Positions 45,433 to 56,442 of a stretch of DNA of 64,000 bases are shown piece by piece. The notes under the pieces are model-generated. The model saw only the letters and a program-made list of their open reading frames with translations, was not told where the DNA came from and made no database searches. Source of the stretch: Azolla caroliniana (Eukaryota; Plantae; Polypodiophyta); contig JBHGNT010000013.1 in NCBI GenBank assembly GCA_043228905.1, positions 13,950,001-14,014,000 on the forward strand, given 5' to 3'. The position numbers were made by a program, and so were the translations under genes. The first letter of the stretch is position 1, and every line of letters starts with the position of its first letter.

Positions 45433-47250
45433 GATCACCTTGTCACCCTTCTAGTATTAATGGAGGAAAGTTGCCTTAGAGGTAAAGGTTTATATTGTTG
45501 CTTTGTAGACTTCAAGAAAGCTTTTGATATGGTACCTCGTGAGTATCTTTGGAGGCGAATGGAAGAACTCAAGGTGCCAAGTGAATATATGCTTACAATT
45601 TCCCGAATATATGAGAAGGTTATATGTTGTGTGCGTATGAGTAATAGACTTTCAGATTTTTTCAATTGCACTATTGGTGTTAAACAAGGATGTCCACTCT
45701 CACCAACACTATTTGGTCTATGCATTGATGAATTGGAAGAAATGGTTGCCAAGTTTGTAAAGGAAGAATGTGTTGACGAAGTTGCCATTGGGAATGTTGT
45801 CATTATGCTTTTGCTATATGGGGATGATGTAGTGTTTTTTGCAAATATGTTAGGAGATGCACAAAAACTTATGAAGGCATTGGAAAATTTTTGCATGCAT
45901 ACTAAATTAAGTGTTAATAGCTCTAAAACAAAGATTATGCTTGTGAAGAGTAAAAAAAGAGATAAACCATGCACTATTTACAATATATAAATGACTTGAA
46001 TGTGTGGAAAGCTTCAAATATCTTGGCCTTGAAGTTCCTTCAAATCATAGATTGAATGAATGTGCTACACATAGCTTAGAGGCGGGTAAGCGAGCATATT
46101 ATGCATTTGAGAACACATGCAATCATGGAGATATTAAGTGTTGGGTCCTTAGGAAATACATTTTCGACACTTTGATGACATCAGTGCTTCTCTATGGGGT
46201 GGAAGTATGAGGTGGTAGCATCCCTAAATCTATGTGGAAAGAGTTCGAAAATGCCCAAAAACATTTTCTTACAAAGTTTCTACAAGTTAAGAAACAAACG
46301 CCTTACACCCCCCTCCTTGAGACGGGATCGCTTCCCATTGAGATCATGGCCATGGAAAGGGTTGTTAAAGACATGCTTAAGGTTCAAAAAGTCCCTCACA
46401 TCGACTTCCTAGAATTGCATGGGAAGCAAGCAAAAAGATACAAAAGACACATGAAAGCAAAATTTTGTGTTTTGGTTGGATGCGAGATATGGAAAAATGG
46501 TTTAGTAGAGATGGGATTCAACACACTTGCTTCATGATGCATCACTAGATTCCTCTGTAAATGAGGCCTTTTTGCAACGCCAAAATTTTGTGTTCCGGTT
46601 GGATGCAAGATATGGAAAATTGGTTTGGTAGTGATGGGATTCAACACACTTGCTTCATGATACATCACTAGATTCCTTTGTAAATGAGGCCTTTTTGCAA
46701 TGCCAAAGTATCATCACATGGGACAAATGTGGAGGCTCACGCTTCACACATTATACCACACATGTTGCACATAACCACAAAACCATATTCTTCGTGGAAT
46801 AGGGAAATCGTACACATCATTACATGTTAGAGCCCATCCTGTTGTCTGGTATTCGAACCATTGCCTCTATGTGACTTAGCTTACATGCATTGCGATGTGA
46901 GATGGGGCGTTGGGGCACAAGTGATGAGAGTGGTCGGCTATGCACACTTTGCCCTAAACAAGCTCGAGAGTCTAAGTATCACACTTTGATACAATGCTTT
47001 ACCTTTGATCATATTCGACCATGCTTTCCACAAATCTTTGACCAAGCCCAATTCTTGCATGAATTTCTCTCACAACCAAAATGTGCACTCTCGATTGCAA
47101 CATTCATTGGTAAAGTTCTTGAACATCAAGAGTCACTACTCACTTTCACATGTAGCACTAGAAATGTAATATTGTTGGTCTCATAGGTCATATTTGACCT
47201 CCGAAGGTGATAATAGAATCTATCTATCTATCATATATCTGTCTATTTAT
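45433..47250 (+). mobile_element. 5'-truncated LINE (RT plus C-terminal Cys/His motif) with (TCTA)n tail
   Basis: DHLVTL, CFVDFKKAFD, GVKQGCPLSPTLFG, LLYGDD, FKYLG, LCTLCP...HTLIQC. There is an internal duplication at ~46460-46700. Confidence 0.9.
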
Positions 47251-47479
47251 CTCAGCTTGGTGGTTTACATTGTAGCATTAGAAGTCATAAAATTGAGAGA
47301 ACCCAAGTTTGATCCTTGTCATGGGCAAGGCCGTGTCTCATATATCGCAATTGGTCTCCTATCAACTTCAAAAAATCTATCTATGTTTCCATCTCTTTGT
47401 AATAAATGACACAATCAAAACAATTGTATGTAAAAACCACCACCATTGTTGCCCTCCCCACATAGGTAGAGGGGCATTC

Positions 47480-48900
47480 TAACCACCATCACAATATTGT
47501 TACCCTCCCCATATAGGTAGAGGGACATTCCCGAGTGCCTTAAAAATATTTGAGTACATGATAAACAATCCCCACATGTCGTTGCATCCACCAATTGTCG
47601 TAGAAGTATGCCTTTCAACTTTCTAATGTATAGATTTACACAATGTCTACTATCAACATGAAGGCATTGCACATATTCCAATTATGTTGCAATCCCCAAT
47701 ATCATTGAAATTGGAATATGATTTCCATCTCATCTTGAGGTTCATTTTACACATATTGGCTAAAGACCCATTGTCCAGGCATAAGACAATGAGAAGACAA
47801 TACTTGCCATGTTTTTTATAATATTTCCATTGAATACAATGTGCAATGGGGAATGAATGAATCAATGTGTATTGTTTTCCAATTGAACAATACAAAAGAA
47901 ACATATGCCTTATGCCAATCCTCTCATCTCGTGTGTTGAACCTCCCCCAATTATCACTCTCCAAACAAACACCTTGGATTAAAACAGAAATTGGGAATGC
48001 CAACTACGTTGCAACGTTTTCCGCCTCTGTTGCAATAGACTTCCTTACATTCCATTATTTTTTGTGTATTAGATGATAACCATGTAAATGATGCCACAAC
48101 ATATTACTGCTTCGCATTGACAATCTTGTACGACCCTTCAAAACCAATCTAACCAAGGTTAATGTTTTGTCCTCGTTTACAAGCAACATTGCAACAATGT
48201 TATGCTTTGCAACTTTTACCAAGTAAAACCATAATTTAGTGGAATACATAGCCATATTTTAGCATAACCAAACTCTAACAACGTTTGAGATTTTGTATCA
48301 ATTATGCTACCCATTTCAAGAACCTCTAACTAAAACAAACAATTGAGCCAAGATCTTGACTTTTCCTTTCCTCACTATTGTAACGATGGACAAGTAACAA
48401 AAAATTACTTTTGTGATGAAATTACATTGCTCTCGACTATTTGATCATGCCTATTCAACATACGGAAAATATTATTCCCAATATATTACCAAGTCTTTAG
48501 CATAAATTGATGGTCATAGCTTTAAGAGGGATGCACCTATTGAAACAATTCCACCATGATGGCTTAGTCTTAGTTTCCCATGCACCAATCCTTCTTTCTC
48601 AATAAAGTGGCGCATCATATATAAACCAAAGAGGTTGCAAAATCTCTTGTAATCCTTATTCATCAAACAAATTAATTTGTAAAAGGTCTAGAAGAGTGAG
48701 TTCCAAAATACATTGCACCACTTTGAGTCACACATGAAATGACCATGATTGAGACTTCCAATATATAAAGTCGTCTTTCAACTTATTGTTGAGAATGAGG
48801 AGATTAAACAATATGGAAAGATTCGTAAGACTTTGTAAAGCCAAGCACAACTAAGATTTCCTTTCAAATCTATTCTAAAAATGATGAACTAAGAAATTAT
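47480..48900 (-). mobile_element. Possible very old hAT-like transposase relic
   Basis: Only faint motif echoes (TRDFAT, THSS/CxxH-like, LAFPISVLIQG...NWG) in broken frames. Confidence 0.25.
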
Positions 48901-49778
48901 ATCATAGCTCATGGATTTGAGCTTGTAGTATACCATTGTAGATAACATAAAAATCTTTTTCCGGTTTTAGACTCCAAGGTCTCCCTTGTCGAAGCACTAC
49001 AATTGATATAGGTATTCATTTTATATGAGAGTACATCAAAGGTATTGTCCATGCCATTAACTCCTCCTGAGTACGTCAAGCCCATCAACATGGTGAGCTC
49101 AAAGGTATCCCTCCCCCAATTTCTGTTTAATCCTTGGCCATATACCTTAGCCCAACATTTACTCCCTACTTATATGAAATGTTCTCCCTATGTCTAAGTC
49201 TAAATGAGCCACAATCAAGTAAATGCTAAAAAATAGAATCTATGTGTGAATCCAAAGAATTTTTATCTTCAGATCCAAAGATGAAGAGTTCCAACACAAG
49301 AGCCACCATCACACCCTTCTCATATTGGATACCTAGGTGAGAGTTATGACTGGATTTTGTAAGCTCTCTACCCAAACTCGAGAATACATTATTTTTCATT
49401 GGTTGTTTGACTCCATTGCTTGCACAATTACGATCATTCATGAGCCATGGAATCACTCATCACTCACACAATAACATTTCACCTCAATTGCACAGAACAA
49501 ATGAAATTTCAATCAATAGGATGGGCCACGAACATTCTTCTTAAAGCTCAAAATCTTATTAATAACATTAGATAAGACTCAATGATACAAAATTCAATGA
49601 AGAGGTAGGTCACTAAGAAATTTGCATATAGGAAAGTTGTGTCCTATGTAAATACCTGGCAAACAAAACAACATTGGTGATTGTGACCGATAAAATAATG
49701 TGATGGAGTATGTATAGGTTTCCAACCAAATTAGAGGAGATTAAGTTTAATGAAGAGAGAGGCCTTTCCTTCACCACC

Positions 49779-52409
49779 TTAGGAAGCTTTTTCAAACAAA
49801 TTGCTCAAGTGGGATTCCAAATCGTCTGGTGTGTATTTGACGTACTTCTCTTTGTATTTCACCATATCCAAATGATTATGGAAGCGTGCATGGAATGATC
49901 GATAGGCAGGAAGGATCATCGCAGTGACAGAGATGGTCAATTCTACACAAAGTTGATGGTCTGAAACCATCAACCCACTATGAGTCCTCAAATTCTCCTC
50001 AAAAGCAACATTAAATGCCTTAAACCTATCCTTGATGAGGTTCCTTGTTGAGTTATCTATGTTAGTAGACCCCCTGCTTATGTTAAGGCCATCATCCTTC
50101 AATAAAGTGACGATATTTACCCATGTCCTCCTATAGGTGGTGTGGTATTGTTTGAGCTTCACATTGTTTTTTTTTATCCATTCATCCCCTAGTAGTTTCC
50201 TCAGGTTAGAGCTTTTCACCTTTTGACCAATGTAATGCAAATGGTTCATCAAGAATAGGTAAGAGAGACCCAAGTCCTTGTAAAGCTTGGACTTGGCATC
50301 AAGCTTTTTCTCTAGGGCTTCCATTAACCTCAACATTGACAATGATAGGGGTCTAAAATCTTGGTTACCGAGTCCAATGTCATCACCGGGTTGATCACCA
50401 CTACTTGCTCTACTTGTACTCGACACACTACCAGTTTGGTCATCGTTTCTCTCCCACAAGAGTTGGTTCATGGGGTTCATAAAATCGGATAGGAACCTCA
50501 AGTAATTCATGACATATTCGACGAGACGGAGGCGTCCTCTGTCGCTTATGAGCATCTTCGACGGGTCGTCATGTCGGAGGACCATGGTTTCGAATGCCGA
50601 GAAAGTGATGCGGGCCGCGTTCCCAAGTCTACCTAGGGTTTCGGAGGCCTCGGTGGAAATGCCGGATGTCCCTACACTCCTCATAGAATGGCCATCCTCC
50701 TGTTGTTGTCCGAAGAGAGATCCGATGGCCGGGATGAGCGGATGGAGGCATTCGTACATATCGAGGATCTTGAATAGCTTCTCGTGGGAGCACTCGGTGA
50801 TGGCGACGGCATCGGCGAAACTTAGGAGCTCTAGCATGGCCTTCTTGGTGATGCCTACGAAGCATGAGAGTGCGGTGCCGGCCGACCAATCCCCGAAGAT
50901 GTAATGGCACAAGCGCTTCTCGGCCGGGAAGAGCAGCCCGACCGCTACCTTCATCGCCGAGATCCAGGCCACGATCTCCACCTGCAGATCCTGCCATGGC
51001 ATCCTCTGCACCGCCTCGAACATGGCCGGACCCCCCCCTCCTCCTCCTCCTCCTCCTCCGTCTGCAGAGAGCAGGATGGTGCCTTGCAGTATGGTCCGAT
51101 GCATGCTCTCCTCCAGGGTCGCCTTGCGGACAGGGACATAGACGTGAGCTAGCTCCATGCCATAGCCCGACCTCAGCATCCTCGTCGCGATGTCGTACAG
51201 GTCCGCGGCTATGTCGGATGGGATCATGGCTTCGGAGAAGACGGCATCAGACCCGGCCTCCAACGGAGCTTCTCCATCCATGGTGGTAGCCATAGATTCT
51301 TGTTTATCTTCCTCATCACCATCACCACCACCATCACCATGACCAGTTCTGGCATGAGGATTTGGAGGACCATTACCTGCGGTGTTTCGGTCAACGAAGC
51401 TATCGAAGCCGTCCATGACAAGATCGCCGAAGGACGATCGTGGATGACCACTTCTGCCTGATGCAAGGAAATCGGACATCGCCCCAGGATCCGTGCAGGG
51501 TTTGCTGTGGTATGTGAGGAGATGCCGGAATTCAGCCTCAAGCCGGAACATGGCGGATTGCATTAGGTTCTGAGCATGATCCAACATACTCATGGATGCA
51601 GCAGCATCATTTTGTCGCTTGGTTACATAGTTACGATCAAATGAAGAAGAAGAAGAAGAAGAAGAAGAAGACAGATCAAAATGGTAAGTAGAAGGAGAAT
51701 GAGAAGGTGCAGAAGGCTCGAGAGGAGGAGGTCCAGAAGAAGAAGAAGAAGAAGAAGAGATTTGAGACAGGGTTTGGATTAGGTCATGGAGATCATCGGT
51801 AGCCTGAAGGTATGGAGGGATTTCTTCTCTTCTATCGGACCACAGGAAGATTAGATCTGTGTCGTTGGATTCATCCACATCCCATTGGGAGATGATCTTC
51901 TCTGCAGAAATCATCAGAGAGTGGGGGGGGAAAGGATCCATGGGCTGCTGCAGCGGCATCATACTACGAGAATTGTTCTCCGATGATCCAGCCGATTGAT
52001 GGAGGCCGATCGCGATCCGGTTATCGAAATCAGAGAGAATCTGGACCATGTCATCGACTTGAGAAGGGCTAAGCGTCTGGAGGATCTGCTGGGCAATGTC
52101 CACCAGGCGGCCCGTATCGCCACCGCCACCGCCACCGCCACCGCCCGCCCGACTCGGGCTCCTATATTTGATCCTATTGTTATTGTTGTCGGTATGGGTA
52201 TCGGTCTCAGTATCGTAAGCATCGACATTGGTCTTCTTCTTATAGGGGGAGGTCCTTGCATTAGGCCCATTGTTGTGGTTGGTTTTGATGGTAGGATTGC
52301 CATGTTTGTCATGGTCCCGGGTGTCGCGATGGGTGCTATGATCGCCGATGTTCTTGTGGTTGTCATTATCCGTGCTATAAAGTCCTTGTTTGTTGTTGGA
52401 TTTGGACAT
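49779..52409 (-). CDS. EXO70: Exocyst subunit EXO70, intronless, 876 aa
   Basis: AMFRLEAEFRHLL, DLYDIATRM...GY, W..AMKVAV..LF.AEKRLC, EKLFKILDMYE, YVMNYL, LFLMNHLHYI, RFKAFN..FEE, ILPAYRSF, YVKYTPDDLE..L..LFE. Confidence 0.96.
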   Translation of the reverse strand: MSKSNNKQGLYSTDNDNHKNIGDHSTHRDTRDHDKHGNPTIKTNHNNGPNARTSPYKKKTNVDAYDTETDTHTDNNNNRIKYRSPSRAGGGGGGGGGDTGRLVDIAQQILQTLSPSQVDDMVQILSDFDNRIAIGLHQSAGSSENNSRSMMPLQQPMDPFPPHSLMISAEKIISQWDVDESNDTDLIFLWSDRREEIPPYLQATDDLHDLIQTLSQISSSSSSSSGPPPLEPSAPSHSPSTYHFDLSSSSSSSSSSFDRNYVTKRQNDAAASMSMLDHAQNLMQSAMFRLEAEFRHLLTYHSKPCTDPGAMSDFLASGRSGHPRSSFGDLVMDGFDSFVDRNTAGNGPPNPHARTGHGDGGGDGDEEDKQESMATTMDGEAPLEAGSDAVFSEAMIPSDIAADLYDIATRMLRSGYGMELAHVYVPVRKATLEESMHRTILQGTILLSADGGGGGGGGGGPAMFEAVQRMPWQDLQVEIVAWISAMKVAVGLLFPAEKRLCHYIFGDWSAGTALSCFVGITKKAMLELLSFADAVAITECSHEKLFKILDMYECLHPLIPAIGSLFGQQQEDGHSMRSVGTSGISTEASETLGRLGNAARITFSAFETMVLRHDDPSKMLISDRGRLRLVEYVMNYLRFLSDFMNPMNQLLWERNDDQTGSVSSTSRASSGDQPGDDIGLGNQDFRPLSLSMLRLMEALEKKLDAKSKLYKDLGLSYLFLMNHLHYIGQKVKSSNLRKLLGDEWIKKNNVKLKQYHTTYRRTWVNIVTLLKDDGLNISRGSTNIDNSTRNLIKDRFKAFNVAFEENLRTHSGLMVSDHQLCVELTISVTAMILPAYRSFHARFHNHLDMVKYKEKYVKYTPDDLESHLSNLFEKAS

Positions 52410-52669
52410 AGCTAGGATGTAATTAATTGCTAGTGCTCTCCGATGGCGGCAAGGGGCGGCGATGGCACACCCTATAGTCTGCTATATGACTTTGGATTTT
52501 GTAAGAGTTGTCTTGGAAAAGATTGGATGGAAGATGATTTGGAGTGTTTTGAATTGCTGTATTAATGGAGGTGCAATGAAGGGGAAATATTTAATGAAGA
52601 TAAGACAAAATAGTGAGACACACGAAGAGAATTAGTTAAATGTGTACACGCATTCTCTCTCTCTCTCGT

Positions 52670-52720
52670 GGCCCATGGGCCAAATTTGGCCTTAGAAGAC
52701 GCTAATATTTCTTTCTTTCT
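52670..52720 (+). mobile_element. Tiny 3'-terminal LINE fragment
   Basis: catgggccaaatttggccttagaagacgctaatatttctttc matches the ends at 29531-29565 and 12900-12935. Confidence 0.6.
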
Positions 52721-53405
52721 ATGTGATAAGGTCAAAAGGACCCTCTTTCTCTATATGGGATGGACTCCCTGATCCTTTTGCATTCCGCGAACACCACACA
52801 AGCCAGTAGGAAACATCCTTGCCCATGCTTCTGGTCGAACTAATCATCCCTTCATTGATGCCAATCACCCCAATGAAAATTTGTGCTCATGTCTGTCCAA
52901 GTTACTTCCTTGAGTCCATTTTCCTTATGATTTATGAGGAGTATATTTGACTCGAGTGGATTGTTTATTGTATGATACAATACCTTAGATCATATATCTT
53001 TCAAATTTAAAGCAGTCGTTTGGCCAATGTTCACGGTTAATAATGTAAACACATCGGAAGCTATATGAGAACGTGTTAATCCACGAATGCACGTAGTAAA
53101 TTTGTAACAAGGGATGCATATAGGATAGGTAGATACAAATTCTTTGGTTCACAAAAGGCAAGAAGTTGTTTAATTTTACTAATCATGATTCCTATGTGAT
53201 GATAGGATCCTTAACATGCATTTGCTTTTAACTGATGCTTCTCGATGCTAGACTTGAGTTTTCTCTCCTTCATCATAATTGCAAATTGCAATGATGGAGA
53301 TCCAAGTTTAACGTAAAACCAACACCATGTTGCATATATAATCTGAGATAATATCTAGATATATTCTTGTTTTTAAGCATGGAAACTTTGCTTCATTGAT
53401 TGGCT

Positions 53406-53687
53406 CATAGTATGAACCATACATACCATACGTTCATTCACATTCGCGAATGATTGAACCATTCGCGTAAGAAAAACACCCTCAAAGAATGATAAATACC
53501 ATACTTTTGGATTATCTATTTATTATGAGGTAAATAAGCTTAAACAATGGAAAAAACAAAAAAAAACATTAAAAAAATGGGGAAAAACAAAAAAAAAACT
53601 CAAGAATGTTTGAATGACATTCGCATTCGTTTTCCAACGTAGGAAAACAAATGTTATGCTAGACGAACACGAATTTTACGTACTATG
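53406..53687. mobile_element. hAT-type MITE
   Basis: TIRs CATAGTATG / CGTACTATG with a perfect 8-bp TSD GATTGGCT (53398-53405 and 53688-53695). Confidence 0.85.
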
Positions 53688-54970
53688 GATTGGCTCACAA
53701 GGCTTCCAATTTTGTCTAGTATATTCCTCCCTAACGACAAGCATCTTTTCTCTCAGTAACAAGTGAATCTACTTTCTCGCATGGTTGATCAAACCTGTAG
53801 CCCATTTAGATCCCATTTGTCTTATTGTTGTGGATTGTATAGATGCCAAAGTCTTTTTGGCATTTAACATGTTTTCGAATTTAAATTTAAGTAAACAATA
53901 GCAACAATACAATTTTTAGTTTCAAATCTTGTACTTTTACATGATCATTTATAAAATATCTAGGAGGGCTTTACCCTTTGCTAACATGATCAAACCACAA
54001 TTAGAATTCATATGATCTTGCCTTAATGTAAGGTTCCTCGGATTCATATTCCAAATCCTTGTGCAAGGAAAGTCTTCTTTAGGTTAATAATGTGAGCAAA
54101 CTCACATTTCGTGCTATTGTGCAAGAGTAAAATAAACAATTTAAAATCTCAAGAAACTATACAAAATTAGTGAAGACATTATAAACCAAACAATTGCGGG
54201 ACATTCTTTTTGTGTATACTAGAAAATAATATTTACAGTTGAAATGTCTAAAGATGAAGATGTACTACTTAGTGAGAGATTTTAGAGTTCAACTAAATTT
54301 ACCCTTTGAGTTTCATTATAAAACACAATCACATATTTAAATTCCACATTAATTCTGCAAAATCCAATGGTTTGAAAAACATTTGATAGGCTTAGAAATG
54401 ATATTCATCATGACCGTAAAAGATATTGGCATATGCTTCATAGCATCACCATCATGAATATATTTAATAGAATTGTGTAGTCGATGCATAATATGTTGAA
54501 AATGTTACCAATTTCAACACTCACAATGAAAGAATTTTGAGCCGCGTGACGCAAATAATATTGAAAAGTCATGTGAACAGATCATTCCAACATGTAAGAG
54601 TGGATGCAACACTTACATATAGGGTATAAAGAGGAAACATGTATTTTTCTTCACTCAAAAGAGTGCACATTCTTCATCTTATCCCACCAAATATGGATTT
54701 GAAGGAAATGGACTTGCAATAACCAAAATAAAAAACAATGTATGGTAAATAGAGAATCATTTTCCTTCCTTTGAATGTACAACTTCAGACCATTTGAAGC
54801 CTTGGCATAGTTTTAAACTACTGCAACAATGTAAGCAAGTTTGCTTGCCTAAGAGAGCTTTTGTGTGGATGGCAAGGTTCAATTTGATGTGCACTAGATA
54901 GAAACATAGAAGGGTGTTGGCTTTGTTGGCTGGCTACAAGGGAGATACATAAACATATCCACAAATTATA

Positions 54971-55174
54971 GGGAAAAGTACCAAGATACCCCTGGAAGTT
55001 CGTCTATTTACCAGAATGCCCCTCAAAGTTCCAAATTTACCAAACTACCTTTGAGTGTATAATTACTTTATAAAGTGTAAATTTTTGGACATAGGGGTAG
55101 TTTGGTAAATTTGGAACTTCCAAGGGCATTCTGGTAAATGGACGAACTTCTAGGGGTATCTTGGTACTTTTCCC
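54971..55174. mobile_element. Mutator-type MITE (fold-back)
   Basis: ~78-bp inverted arms GGGAAAAGTACCAAGATACCCCT... / ...AGGGGTATCTTGGTACTTTTCCC, with a 9-bp TSD caaattata/taaattata (8 of 9 match). Confidence 0.88.
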
Positions 55175-55744
55175 TAAATTATATAAAATGATTGGTCAAT
55201 ATGAGAAACACGGGTCTGATCAATATCTACATAGTTAATAAGTAAACTTCACAAGTACCCACATGTCCCGTTGACATTCTTTTTGCACTTGAATTATGCA
55301 AATATTAGTATAATAAATTTGTGTCCTAGAAAGTATCTCAAAATAATGTTATCACTAAGGAATATATCTCAATGTTGGTTCATCATGACAATTTGGGCCT
55401 AAACACTTCTCGAGTTATGCAAATTGACAATGTCAACAAAAGGCAAGAGGAAACTTCTCAAAAATCAATTCATATAGATGATAATTCCCTTGATAGAACG
55501 TTTCATTTATCATTTACATCCAATTGTGTTAAATTGTATTCTATTCATGGTACTTGACATAGACATGTTGTAAGTACTATTTATGTAAATAACTAAAAAG
55601 GTACGGAAAACCCTAAGATTTATCATAGATATATCATATATATATATGTACTTGTACACTCGCCTTTTTTGAAATAATGAAAGTAATTTTGTGTGCCCGC
55701 AACAATGTTTCACTCACTCACATTCTCTTTCTCTCTCTCTCTTT

Positions 55745-56000
55745 GGTGAAAACACACAATTATATTAATAAATGTGTGTAAAAAACACTACTTACAATGG
55801 GTGTGACAATGGAGTATGGTCACCCACTAACTACACTACATGGGTAGTGGAACATGTTGAATTGCCAATAGGCAAGATGGACACTCCACCGAGGAAAGAA
55901 TTTCCAATTGCTCCAATAAAGAAAATTGTCACATTAGTACTCCCTTCAACATTCGTAGATATGCTTCCACTCCATGCCTACCATCGAATACAAAAGTATT
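55745..56000 (-). mobile_element. Probable L1 3'-end fragment
   Basis: 'ttggtgaaaacacacaattatatta' matches 41979-42003, and it abuts a CT tract in the same way. Confidence 0.45.
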
Positions 56001-56004
56001 GCGT

Positions 56005-56440
56005 TGTCGTAGTGTGAATCACACACTATGTGAAATATGTAAAATACTATATCCGATTTAAAGTACGTATAATAAATAAAATAAAATATTAAAAATATTT
56101 ATTACATGCATAAGGCAAGATTCAAACCTTGTACCTCCACATAGACAAACCCCAACCTTACCATTGTACTAACTTATACCAAGTGTTTTAAGTATAGATT
56201 TAATACATATAATACCTTTATTTACGCCTTCCTTTATTAAAAGGTAAGTCATGCATTTTTTAGAATGCGTGAATACTTTATTTATAAGAAAAATGTACAC
56301 CAATAAAAAATGACTCGTGCACATCTAACAAGCATGAGCACTATATTTAGGAAATAAAAGCATAATGTAAAAAGGCAACTCATGCACATTTAGTGTGCAT
56401 GAACACTTTAGAAAAAACATGAAGCTATACTTAGCCTCTT
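56005..56440 (+). mobile_element. Truncated LTR (D), diverged inverted relative of LTR 62227-62954
   Basis: It starts TGTCGTAGTG and shares 'catgcata.ggcaagattc.aacctt..acctcca...ttaccatt..acta' with the reverse complement of 62780-62954. Confidence 0.65.
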
Positions 56441-56442
56441 CT

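Noticed and set aside
50509-52415. Overlapping antisense and alternate-frame ORFs in EXO70
   Set aside because: These are expected shadows of a GC-rich coding region and have no recognisable domains.
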